From an uncultured Herbinix sp. (GTDB lineage: Bacteria > Bacillota > Clostridia > Lachnospirales > Lachnospiraceae): 54,135 nt of DNA. Below the pieces are notes generated by a model, which was not told where the DNA came from, searched no databases, and worked only from the letters and a program-made list of their open reading frames with translations. The stretch lies in the NCBI GenBank assembly GCA_964391115.1, contig CAYMLE010000002.1, positions 1 through 54,135 of the forward strand. The letters run 5' to 3'. Made by a program: the position numbers and the translations under genes. Positions 1 to 9,155 of this stretch are shown one piece after another. How positions within the stretch are numbered: the first letter of the stretch is position 1; each line of letters starts with the position of its first letter.

Positions 1-3
1 GTA

Positions 4-468
4 TTGATGGATAAGGCTAGCGAAGCCGATATTAACAAAGTGGAGTGGGCATTAAGTCATAGTGGCTTTGCAAGTAGAATAAAGACTTTGGAGCATGGAC
101 TAGAGACTGAACTGACATCCGAATTTGCTAAGGATGGGGTAAACCTTTCTGGTGGTGAGAGCCAGAAGCTAGCGATTGGTCGTGTGTTTTATAAGGATGC
201 GGGTCTGATTATTCTAGATGAGCCATCGAGTGCATTGGATCCGATCGCTGAATACCAGTTAAATCATTCTATGCTCGATGCAGCAAAAAACAAAACGGTT
301 ATTTTCATATCACATCGGTTGTCTACAACACGCTTGGCAGACCGCATTATCATGCTGGAGAAAGGCAGAATAGTAGAACAGGGGACACACGATGAGCTAC
401 TTAAACTTGATGGTAAGTATGCAAGTATGTGGCGGGCACAGGCCGGACAATATATCGCAGTGAGCTAA
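4..468 (+). CDS. ABC transporter ATP-binding domain, C-terminal fragment (gene begins upstream of window)
   Basis: LSGGESQKLAIGR signature, ILDEPSSALD Walker B/D-loop, ISHRLS H-loop. Confidence 0.9.
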   Translation: MMDKASEADINKVEWALSHSGFASRIKTLEHGLETELTSEFAKDGVNLSGGESQKLAIGRVFYKDAGLIILDEPSSALDPIAEYQLNHSMLDAAKNKTVIFISHRLSTTRLADRIIMLEKGRIVEQGTHDELLKLDGKYASMWRAQAGQYIAVS

Positions 469-594
469 TAGATAGGAAAAATTGATTCATCAGAATGTAT
501 AACAAAGTACATTGCTAAAATAGCTTGAATTATCTAGACTAAATGTATGAATTGCAATCTCGATGTTGGCTCACTCTAAATTACATACAAATAC

Positions 595-685
595 GATATA
601 AGATTACACAAATGATATAAGATTACACAAATGATATAAGATTACACAAATGATATAAGATTACACAAATGATATAAGATTACAC
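595..685. repeat. Perfect 19-bp tandem repeat GATATAAGATTACACAAAT, about 4.8 copies
   Basis: Units at 595, 614, 633, 652 and a partial unit at 671; ends just before the RBS of the next gene. Confidence 0.95.
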
Positions 686-700
686 TTATAATAAAGGAGG

Positions 701-1285
701 ATGATCGATATGAATTTTGATAATTTTCAATGGACAATACCAACAAAATACGAAGTGGAAAATGATAGTATACAGATTTATGCTCCAGCAAATACCGATT
801 ATTTTGTTAATCCAATTGACGGAACCGTAAGAGCAGATGCGCCGTTCTACTATAAAGAGGTGGAAGGCGATTTTATTCTTAGAGCAAAGGTCAGTCATGA
901 TTTCGTTTCTACCTATGATGCTTGTGTACTACTTGCGCTTGATCATGATAAACTTTGGGCTAAGGCTTGCTTTGAATATACAGACATCGATACCAATTCT
1001 GTAGTTACTGTAATGACCAATGAAAAATCCGATGATGCAAATGGAATTAATATTGATGGCAAAGAAATATGGATGCAAATGAGCCGTAAAGATAATGTTT
1101 TTGCAATTCACTATTCCAATGATGGACAGGATTTCAAGATGGCCCGACTGGCATATCTACCGATGCAAAAGAAGATTAAGGTCGGATTAGAAGCTCAATC
1201 ACCGACTGGTGAGGGGGGAATTCGTATGTTCAATAATGTATCCCTAGAGCTTCGAAGTCCTTCGGATATCCGGGAAGGTAAATAA
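701..1285 (+). CDS. DUF1349-family (concanavalin-like) protein
   Basis: AAAGGAGG RBS; TDYF..P, WAKACFE, SVVTV..SDD and VGLEAQSPTG motifs typical of the family. Confidence 0.8.
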   Translation: MIDMNFDNFQWTIPTKYEVENDSIQIYAPANTDYFVNPIDGTVRADAPFYYKEVEGDFILRAKVSHDFVSTYDACVLLALDHDKLWAKACFEYTDIDTNSVVTVMTNEKSDDANGINIDGKEIWMQMSRKDNVFAIHYSNDGQDFKMARLAYLPMQKKIKVGLEAQSPTGEGGIRMFNNVSLELRSPSDIREGK

Positions 1286-1306
1286 TAGAGTATTAAAAAG
1301 AATAAT

Positions 1307-1364
1307 AAAAGGCTAACCATGGGGTCAGTTTATCATACAACCTCAATGGGTTAGCTTTTTTTTT
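1307..1364 (+). terminator. Rho-independent terminator
   Basis: GGCTAACC...GGTTAGCT stem followed by a long T tract. Confidence 0.75.
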
Positions 1365-1577
1365 ACATTAATTTTATTATAAGTAGTAGGTGACTTGGTT
1401 TTAAGTATTTAAATAAGACACTCTAAATTCAAAAATTTGAAACTTCTAAATTTGAAACATATAAATTTAAAATTCAAATCTATATGTCTCATACGTCTTA
1501 GCTGAATGCTTACCATATTTGTTATATACATTAATAAAAGTTTATTAAATTAATTTGATATCTACAATAATAATATA

Positions 1578-1609
1578 TTGACAATAGTGTACGACATACA
1601 GTATACTGT
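1578..1609 (+). promoter_or_regulatory. sigmaA promoter with imperfect inverted repeat (possible PadR operator)
   Basis: TTGACA 1578, 18 bp, TATACT 1602; TAGTGTAC...GTATACTG dyad. Confidence 0.55.
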
Positions 1610-1625
1610 TTTTGAGGTGATGATA

Positions 1626-1982
1626 ATGGAATCAATCGATGAACTGATTAGTTCACTTACGGTAGAATTGAAAAGAGGGTCTTTGGTTTTATTGGTGCTA
1701 AGTCAGCTTCGTACCAATGAATATGGATATTCCCTTGTTCAAAAGCTTGAACAGAAGAATGCCCCTATTGAAGCAGGAACCCTTTACCCCCTTTTAAGGA
1801 GATTGGAAAAACAGAAATTGCTTATCAGTGAATGGGATACAAGCGAAAGTAGACCACGTAAATTTTATACATTAAGTGATGAAGGCAAATAGGTATATAA
1901 ACAATTGAAAGAGGAGTGGAGGTCTATGTCTGCTCAATTAGAACATTTATTGAAGGAGGATGAGAAGAATGAAGTTAATTGA
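1626..1982 (+). CDS. PadR-family regulator with an in-frame TAG at 1890-1892 (readthrough gene or pseudogene)
   Basis: YGY, GTLYPLLRRLE and RPRKFYTL motifs. After the TAG the frame continues VYKQLKEEWRSMSAQLEHLLKEDEKNEVN to TGA 1980-1982, which overlaps the next start. Confidence 0.85.
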
Positions 1983-2976
1983 ACGATATGTATATGCGGT
2001 TATGGAATATCTGCCGTTTGAGCTTCGTGAAGACATAGGAAAAGAGCTTCACACAAACATTGAAGATATGCTGCCTGATGACTATACAGAAGAGGAGGTA
2101 TATCAGGTATTAGTGAATCTTGGCAGTCCCTTGAAGCTTGCCAGCGAATATAACTCACAAAAAAGATATGTTATCGGTCCGGGATATTATGAGCAATATA
2201 TTTCTATGCTAAAAATGGTGATTGGAATATGTGTTTCGGTAACTTTGGGTATTGCAGCACTTGTATGGATATTAGAATTTAATGATGGTGGCCAACTCAT
2301 AGAAAACATATCTAAACTGATCGGTACTTTAATTTCTGCTGGAATTGAAGGAGCATTGCAGGGGGCATTCTGGGTAACTTTAGTATTTGTCATACTAGAA
2401 AGAAGTGGTGTGGAGGCGGGTTATTTACCCTTCTTCAATAAAGAATGGACTCCAGATGATTTGTCAGAAGAATCTGCTAACGACAAATTAAAGATATCTC
2501 GCGGAGAGACAATATTTACAATGTGTGCCACAATACTCTTCACAGCTCTGATTTATGTTCAACCTCAATTAATCGCCTTTTATACGATGGAAGGTAAGGG
2601 ACGGTTAACGATATCACCGTTATTTAATTTGGAGCGATTGGACTTTTATCTGCCTATCTTATTGATATTAGCATTTATACAATTGGCATTATCTGTATGG
2701 AAATATATAGCAAAGCATTGGAGCTTACCATTAATAATTATGAATGCAGTATATAATACGGTCATTAGCATCTTAATAATCGTGCTGATGAATGATATTA
2801 CCCTATTCAATTCTGGCTTTACCCAGGCAATAGGTAATGTCACAAAAGCCAGCTCATTAACGATTTCTAATTGGTTAACTACAAGCAAATGGATATTTAT
2901 CCTCGTATTCATTGGAATTTGCGTTTGGGATAGTACTATAATCTTTGTAAGATATCTAAGAAAATCAAAAATATAA
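1969..2976 (+). CDS. PadR-associated membrane protein with HAAS-like N-terminal domain
   Basis: MKLIERYVYAV...REDIGKEL...LGSP.KLA N-terminus followed by multiple TM segments; directly follows padR. Confidence 0.75.
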   Translation: MKLIERYVYAVMEYLPFELREDIGKELHTNIEDMLPDDYTEEEVYQVLVNLGSPLKLASEYNSQKRYVIGPGYYEQYISMLKMVIGICVSVTLGIAALVWILEFNDGGQLIENISKLIGTLISAGIEGALQGAFWVTLVFVILERSGVEAGYLPFFNKEWTPDDLSEESANDKLKISRGETIFTMCATILFTALIYVQPQLIAFYTMEGKGRLTISPLFNLERLDFYLPILLILAFIQLALSVWKYIAKHWSLPLIIMNAVYNTVISILIIVLMNDITLFNSGFTQAIGNVTKASSLTISNWLTTSKWIFILVFIGICVWDSTIIFVRYLRKSKI

Positions 2977-2985
2977 ATATTAGTG

Positions 2986-3031
2986 AAAAGACCATTTGTT
3001 TTCATAGGCTATGAAAACAAATGGTCTTTTT
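2986..3031 (+). terminator. Rho-independent terminator
   Basis: AAAAGACCATTTGTTTTCATAG/CTATGAAAACAAATGGTCTTTT long perfect stem. Confidence 0.85.
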
Positions 3032-3176
3032 GATATATAGATATAACGAAACATTCGTAATGAAACATAAGTAACGAAACATACGTTGTGGAACGTTAAC
3101 AATATAGTTGAGATAAATTGTTAAAATAAGTTTAAAAGAACCAAGAATACTATTGACATACATAAAATGGTATTAT

Positions 3177-3215
3177 ATTCTATTAATAGACCGACGGTCG
3201 GTCTATTAATAGAAT
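3177..3215. promoter_or_regulatory. Perfect palindrome (19-bp arms), likely TetR autoregulatory operator
   Basis: ATTCTATTAATAGACCGAC-G-GTCGGTCTATTAATAGAAT just downstream of TTGACA at 3153 and upstream of tetR ATG. Confidence 0.8.
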
Positions 3216-3226
3216 GGAGTGACATT

Positions 3227-3859
3227 ATGAGAATTACTAAAATATACGACGATAGAAGGAATGAGATTCTGAATACAGCGGAACGGCTATTTCATACAAT
3301 GGGGTATGACGATTGTACTGTTAATGACATTATTAATGAGGTTTCAATAGCTAAGGGTACGTTTTATCATTATTTCAAATCAAAAATGGAAGTCTTGGAG
3401 GCAGTAGTATTACGCTTTTCGGATACCGTAATTAGCAGAGTTAACGAATTAATAGATTTGGAGGGTATTCGTCCAGAAGAAAAGCTTTTTCGTGCTTTTA
3501 AGTCAATGCAGATGAAGGATCCGAGTGGTAGTTATGTTATCGATGAGATGCATAAGGTTGACAATGCAATATTACATCAGAAATCCTTAAATCAAATGGT
3601 AGTCGCTATGGCACCAGCTTTAACAAAAATAATTGAAGAAGGTATTGAAAAGGAAGCTTGGAGCTGTAGATATCCATTATCATATATGCGGATATTTCTG
3701 GCATCTGCGTTAACCTTAATGGATGAAGGTATATTTGAACAAGAAGCTGACTCACAGCAGGAGATCATGGTAGCATTGATCTCAATACTTGAGATGATGT
3801 TAGAGGTTCCGGAAAATTATTTGATGAAATTCTATTTCCAGAGCCAGGAAGAAAAGTGA
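3227..3859 (+). CDS. TetR/AcrR-family regulator
   Basis: RRNEILNTAERLF...IAKGTFYHYFKSK HTH; start moved to ATG 3227 after GGAG RBS. Confidence 0.9.
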   Translation: MRITKIYDDRRNEILNTAERLFHTMGYDDCTVNDIINEVSIAKGTFYHYFKSKMEVLEAVVLRFSDTVISRVNELIDLEGIRPEEKLFRAFKSMQMKDPSGSYVIDEMHKVDNAILHQKSLNQMVVAMAPALTKIIEEGIEKEAWSCRYPLSYMRIFLASALTLMDEGIFEQEADSQQEIMVALISILEMMLEVPENYLMKFYFQSQEEK

Positions 3860-3968
3860 ATAGTAAACATGTTAAATTATGAAGGAGAAGGGATTCAATA
3901 CTAATGGAGAATGGTATTTTAGTAGAGTGTGCATATGGGATAATAAAAAGTTATAGAGGGGGAAGCCG

Positions 3969-6323
3969 ATGGATTGGTTAATCGTTAAGAATGATTTAAA
4001 AAGAAATAAAGTGATAAATCTAGCCTTACTATTATTTATGGCGTTTTCGGCATGTCTCGTAGTTTTATCCGTGATAATGTCAGTACAGACATTTACATCG
4101 ATTTCTAAATTATATAAGACTGCGCAGCCGCCGCATTTTCTTCAGATGCACAAAGGAGAAATTGATCAAGCAAACATTGATGAATTTATGTCTAGCTATG
4201 AAGGTGTAACTAATTGGCAGACAGTTACCATGATTGATGTATACGGTGATAGCCTAACAATAGTTCAAAAGGAGAAATCTTTCGATCTTTCTGATTGTCG
4301 TCTCGATATTGGACTGGTGAAGCAGAATGAAACAAGGGACTTGCTCTTAAATTCCAAACATAAAAAAGTAACTCTTGAAAAGGGTGAAGTCGGCATTCCT
4401 GTGCTTTTAAGGGAAATGTATGGCATGGAAATCGGTGATCAGGTTATTCTGACCGATCGTGATGTCAGGAAAGAATTTGTTATTAAGGAATTCGTATTAG
4501 ATTCTCAGATGAATTCCCCAATGGCATCCTCCACTAGAATTCTATTAAGCGACGAAGATCATGAGGAGCTTTCCGGTCGCATTGGAGAGCATGAATATAT
4601 TATTGAAGCGTATTTTAATGATTCAAAGGAAGCATCTAATTTTCAGACTGCCTATGAAAATGCAGAACTTCCACAAAACGGGCAAGCGGTAACCTACACC
4701 ATGATATTTATGCTGAGTGCATTAACAGATATGGTAATGGTGTTCGTATTACTTCTAGTAAGTGTACTTTTGGTCATTGTCTCATTTATCTGTGTCAAAT
4801 TTACAATTATGGCAGCTTTGGAGGAAGAAATAGGTGAGATCGGGACTATGAAAGCCATTGGGCTACAATATGCTGATATCAGAGACTTATACCTTAGCAA
4901 GTATAGGATGTTAGCCTTAGTAGGTATCATCACAGGATATCTTCTAGCATTCCTACTAAGTAGTGTATTTACAAAGCATATCACTACAACCTTTGGAGAC
5001 ATAAAGATAACTATCTTAGCTTTTGTCTTATCCCTCGTTGCAGGTTGTCTTGTATTCTTTCTAATCAACCATTATTGTAAGAAAATATTAAAGAGAATCA
5101 AAAAGGTTACCGTTGTCAATGCTCTGGTTCGTGGAAAGGGATTTGAAAAAAGTAAGGGAGCCATCAAAGATGGGCTTTATAAATCAAAGAAGCTACCTGT
5201 GAACTGGTTGATGGGAATACGAGAGGTTTTCTACAAGTTTAATAACTGGATTATTGTATTTGCGGTAGTATTAATTGCGGTGCTAATGATATTGGTTCCA
5301 GTCAATCTGATGAATACCTTCGAGGCCCCTGAATTTATTACCTATATGGGAAGTTCATTGGAAGATATTCTGATTGAAGTGGAAAATGGAAATAACCTGG
5401 AAGCAGGATATCAGAATGTAAAACAGCTCTTAGAAAATGAGAGTACGATTGAAAACTACCATGAATTTAGAAGGGTACGTGTCCAAACGGAAGATATCGA
5501 CGGAGAGCTGGCAATTATTCATATAGACTGCGGAACATCCGCAGGAAATCAACTGCAATATCTCAGTGGAAGAGCACCTAAGGGAGAAAATGAAATTGCC
5601 CTTTCCTATCTTAACGCCAATGAGATCGGAAAAACGACCGATGACAGGATGGTGCTGTTCTTTGAGGACAAAGAGCAGGAGTTTGTAATATCGGGAATCT
5701 ATCAGGATGTTACCAGCGGCGGATATACGGCAAAGTCAAAATATGATTTTGCAGGAAATTCTTCTGAAAAGTATTCTTTTTCTGTTAATCTCAGTGATAA
5801 TGCTGGGGTGGAAAAGAAGGCAGAGGAATGGTCAAAGCTTCTTGGAGCAGGAATATCGGTTGACCCGATGAAGGAATTCATCAATCAGACCTTGGGCGGA
5901 GTTGTCAAGCAGCTGAGGAATATCGTATTTGCGATTGCTATCCTCGGGGCAGGGTTGGCAGCGCTAATCTCTGTATTGTTTCTAAAGCTACGTCTGGCAA
6001 AGGATTTATCGGAAATAGCAGTACTAAAAGCCATTGGCTTTTCGGAACAGGACATTAAACAGGAGTACCTGATTAAGATTGGATGTGTATCCATCACCGG
6101 AATCCTAGCTGGGATATTATTTACCGATATCGTAGGGGAAAAGCTTGTTAACGTAGTCTTGAGTTTTACTGGGCTTGGGATTAAAAAGGTTGTTCTTATT
6201 TCTAATCCTTTCATAGAATATATCCTTTGTCCATTGATTTTATTAGGACTGATTCTGCTCGTTACATGGATAACATTGAGAACGATTAAAAAATATCATA
6301 TTATTTCTATTATTAATGAATAG
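3969..6323 (+). CDS. FtsX-like ABC transporter permease (duplicated MacB/FtsX architecture)
   Basis: Two EIGTMKAIG / EIAVLKAIGF motifs, TM clusters separated by large extracellular loops. Confidence 0.88.
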   Translation: MDWLIVKNDLKRNKVINLALLLFMAFSACLVVLSVIMSVQTFTSISKLYKTAQPPHFLQMHKGEIDQANIDEFMSSYEGVTNWQTVTMIDVYGDSLTIVQKEKSFDLSDCRLDIGLVKQNETRDLLLNSKHKKVTLEKGEVGIPVLLREMYGMEIGDQVILTDRDVRKEFVIKEFVLDSQMNSPMASSTRILLSDEDHEELSGRIGEHEYIIEAYFNDSKEASNFQTAYENAELPQNGQAVTYTMIFMLSALTDMVMVFVLLLVSVLLVIVSFICVKFTIMAALEEEIGEIGTMKAIGLQYADIRDLYLSKYRMLALVGIITGYLLAFLLSSVFTKHITTTFGDIKITILAFVLSLVAGCLVFFLINHYCKKILKRIKKVTVVNALVRGKGFEKSKGAIKDGLYKSKKLPVNWLMGIREVFYKFNNWIIVFAVVLIAVLMILVPVNLMNTFEAPEFITYMGSSLEDILIEVENGNNLEAGYQNVKQLLENESTIENYHEFRRVRVQTEDIDGELAIIHIDCGTSAGNQLQYLSGRAPKGENEIALSYLNANEIGKTTDDRMVLFFEDKEQEFVISGIYQDVTSGGYTAKSKYDFAGNSSEKYSFSVNLSDNAGVEKKAEEWSKLLGAGISVDPMKEFINQTLGGVVKQLRNIVFAIAILGAGLAALISVLFLKLRLAKDLSEIAVLKAIGFSEQDIKQEYLIKIGCVSITGILAGILFTDIVGEKLVNVVLSFTGLGIKKVVLISNPFIEYILCPLILLGLILLVTWITLRTIKKYHIISIINE

Positions 6324-6341
6324 AAGAAATGGAGGTGTAGT

Positions 6342-7094
6342 ATGAAAACAGTATTAGAGGTTACGAATTTAAGCAAAAGCTTTGAAGATACACCGGTGCT
6401 AAGTAATATCAATTTCAAGGTAGAAGAGGGGGAGTTTATAGCCATCATGGGGCCGTCCGGCTCCGGTAAATCCACATTACTATATAGTATCAGTGGAATG
6501 GATCGACCCACTTCTGGAGAGGTATTTCTGTGTGGTAATGATATTTCAAAGCTAAGTGATGAAAAGATGAGTGAAGTAAGACTAAAACAGATGGGCTTTA
6601 TATTTCAGCATTCCTATCTTCTGAAAAATTTATCAATTCGGGATAATATTGTGCTTCCTGGATTTAAGGCTGGTATACTATCAAGAGAACAGGTTAATAA
6701 AAACGCCAATTCGTTAATGACAAAGACGGGTATTCATAGCGTGGCGGACCATGATATCAAAAAGGTTTCCGGTGGACAGCTGCAACGGGCTGCAATCTGT
6801 CGGGCCCTGATGAATCAACCGGATATTATATTTGGAGATGAACCGACCGGAGCACTTAACAGCAGTGCCACAAAAGAGGTGTTGGATATTATCGATCAAA
6901 TTAATCGGGAGGGTACGACTATCATAATTGTCACTCATGATGCAAAAGTGGCATCCAGGGCAAGTAGAGTTATATTCCTTATCGATGGAAATATTCATAA
7001 TGAACTCTTATTAGGAATATATGAGCCGAATGTAACTAATCAGTCAAAACGTGAGAAAAGATTAACGGAATGGTTGCAAGTACAGGGATTCTAG
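6342..7094 (+). CDS. ABC transporter ATP-binding protein (LolD/MacB-like)
   Basis: GPSGSGKST, VSGGQLQR, DEPTGAL, VTHD. Confidence 0.93.
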   Translation: MKTVLEVTNLSKSFEDTPVLSNINFKVEEGEFIAIMGPSGSGKSTLLYSISGMDRPTSGEVFLCGNDISKLSDEKMSEVRLKQMGFIFQHSYLLKNLSIRDNIVLPGFKAGILSREQVNKNANSLMTKTGIHSVADHDIKKVSGGQLQRAAICRALMNQPDIIFGDEPTGALNSSATKEVLDIIDQINREGTTIIIVTHDAKVASRASRVIFLIDGNIHNELLLGIYEPNVTNQSKREKRLTEWLQVQGF

Positions 7095-7199
7095 AATTTC
7101 ATTAAAGTAAAGGGGGAAAGGTCTTGAAGGTTCAAATTAAGTTATTGTCATAAACGAATATTGCAAATATGTTAGTGATATGCTATTATAGCTTTTGTT

Positions 7200-7288
7200 G
7201 GGAATGAAGTTCTCCCTTGGTAAATACCTAAACCGCAATTATGCTGATGACTTCTGCGATGAAATGCGCAGAAATTATCAGCTTTTTT
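7200..7288 (+). ncRNA. Fluoride riboswitch (crcB motif) with terminator expression platform
   Basis: GGGAATGAAGTTCTCCC...AAACCGC...GCTGATGACTTCTGC matches the consensus layout; GCAGAAATTATCAGC-TTTTTT can pair back as a terminator. Confidence 0.88.
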
Positions 7289-7306
7289 AAATATAAGGAG
7301 GAATTT

Positions 7307-8491
7307 ATGCTTACAAGTTTAGCTCTCATTTTTCTGTTAGGTCTTATATTAGGAAGTATATTCAAAAAAATGAGATTACCTAGTTTATTAGGAATGATGA
7401 TTACAGGTATGATTTTAAGTCCCTACGCACTTAATGTATTAGATCCATCTATTTTGGACATATCTCCTGATTTAAGACAGCTGGCACTAATTATCATTTT
7501 AACTAGAGCGGGATTATCGCTTGACATAGGAGATTTGAAAAAAGTGGGTAGGCCTGCTATCTTGATGTGTTTTGTTCCTGCCTGCTTTGAGATTATTGGC
7601 GTCATATTAATTGCACCAAGAGTTTTTGGTATATCTCTACTAGATGCTGCTATTATGGGAAGTGTTATTGCTGCTGTATCACCTGCAGTTGTTGTACCTA
7701 GAATGATTAAGATTATGGAAGAGGGATATGGAAAAGAAAAAAGCGTTCCGCAACTTATTTTAGCAGGGGCATCTGTTGATGATGTATTCGTGATAGTATT
7801 ATTTACAGCCTTTATATCATTGGCCACAGGCGGAGTTGCTTCAGTATCAAGTTTTCTGCAAATCCCTAGCTCTATTGTATTAGGTATTCTTCTTGGAGTA
7901 ATATTGGGTATTGGGTTAACAATCATGTTCAAGCATATTCACATGAGAGATTCTGTAAAGATTATAATCATTATTAGTTTATCGTGTTTACTTATCGAAT
8001 TACAGAATTTATTAGATGGGATGATACCGATCTCAGGATTACTTGCGATAATGAGTATGGGGATTACGATTTATCAAAAGTATAAAGTATTAGCAGGAAG
8101 ACTGTCCACTAAATATAACCAACTATGGGTAGCTGCAGAAATTTTGCTATTTGTATTAGTTGGAGCTACTGTAGATTTGAATTATGCTGTGCAGGCTGGT
8201 TTAAAGGCATTGATTATCGTAATTGGTGCTTTGGTTTTTCGAATGCTTGGTGTCTATGTATCTTTACTGAAAACCAAGTTATCTAAAAAAGAAAAAATAT
8301 TTTGTATGATAGCATTTTCACCTAAGGCTACCGTGCAAGCTGCGATCGGAGCGATTCCTCTATCCTTGGGATTAGCTTGTGGGATACAGGTATTAACAGT
8401 AGCTGTATTAGCAATTTTAATTACAGCGCCCTTTGGGGCTATTGGTATTGATCGGCTTTATACAAAACTGCTAGATATTGAATCAGCCTGA
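7307..8491 (+). CDS. Cation:proton antiporter (CPA1/NHA2-like)
   Basis: AAGGAGG RBS; about 12 TM segments; AAVSPAVVVP, GASVDDV and PKATVQAA motifs. Confidence 0.88.
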   Translation: MLTSLALIFLLGLILGSIFKKMRLPSLLGMMITGMILSPYALNVLDPSILDISPDLRQLALIIILTRAGLSLDIGDLKKVGRPAILMCFVPACFEIIGVILIAPRVFGISLLDAAIMGSVIAAVSPAVVVPRMIKIMEEGYGKEKSVPQLILAGASVDDVFVIVLFTAFISLATGGVASVSSFLQIPSSIVLGILLGVILGIGLTIMFKHIHMRDSVKIIIIISLSCLLIELQNLLDGMIPISGLLAIMSMGITIYQKYKVLAGRLSTKYNQLWVAAEILLFVLVGATVDLNYAVQAGLKALIIVIGALVFRMLGVYVSLLKTKLSKKEKIFCMIAFSPKATVQAAIGAIPLSLGLACGIQVLTVAVLAILITAPFGAIGIDRLYTKLLDIESA

Positions 8492-8685
8492 TGGATATTT
8501 GATTAAATGATTTCAAATTTCGGAGTTTTTACTTTTTACATTAAGTCCGATTAAGTCCGATTTTATTTTTTCATACGATTAAGTCCGATTATATTTTTTA
8601 ATTTGACATCATAATAATTATGTGATAATATACAGAAAATTCAATATTTGCATTATGAAGATTGCATATGCAATCGGATTATAAG

Positions 8686-8956
8686 AAAAGACTATGATAA
8701 GAAAGAGTAATATTTTTGATTTCATACAGAAAGATGCCGGTTGATGAGAGGCTCATGAATAGAAAATGTGAATACATCTTGGAGTCGCGTACCGAATATT
8801 TAGTAGGCTACGACGGAAAGCACACCGTTATCAAGTGCAAGGGTATCGCAATAGCCGTACTCGATAAGGTAGACAATGTGAGTTGTCTATAAACTTAAGG
8901 TGGTAACGCGAGATAACTCTCGTCCTTTTGGAAACATTAGGATGGGAGTTTTTTTA
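8686..8956 (+). ncRNA. T-box riboswitch, Tyr specifier
   Basis: AGAAAGA..CCGGTTGATGAGAGG stem I, specifier GAA-TAC at 8773-8775, T-box AAGGTGGTAACGCG 8897-8910, terminator ending GGATGGGAGTTTTTTT; lies upstream of tyrS. Confidence 0.93.
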
Positions 8957-9155
8957 ATGGTGAAATGGGGGATAGGTAAGTGGGAAAAATGGTAGAAGGT
9001 TAAATAGTTCAATAGGCAAATGGATATACAGGCAAATGGGCATAAGGACTAATAGGTTCTGATTATAAGAGATATCTACATAAGGGAATTTAGGATTAGC
9101 CAAATACGAACATAGTAAATTGATTATATATATTTAAAACAAGGAGGATTAATAA

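Noticed and set aside
595-685. CRISPR array
   Set aside because: Contiguous identical units with no spacers and no cas genes; the same applies to the 20871 array
7241-7306. N-terminal extension of the antiporter
   Set aside because: Overlaps the fluoride riboswitch and terminator; the strong RBS lies before 7307
8957-9052. Possible TAG-containing small ORF between the T-box and tyrS
   Set aside because: No RBS, low-complexity repeats and no recognisable protein
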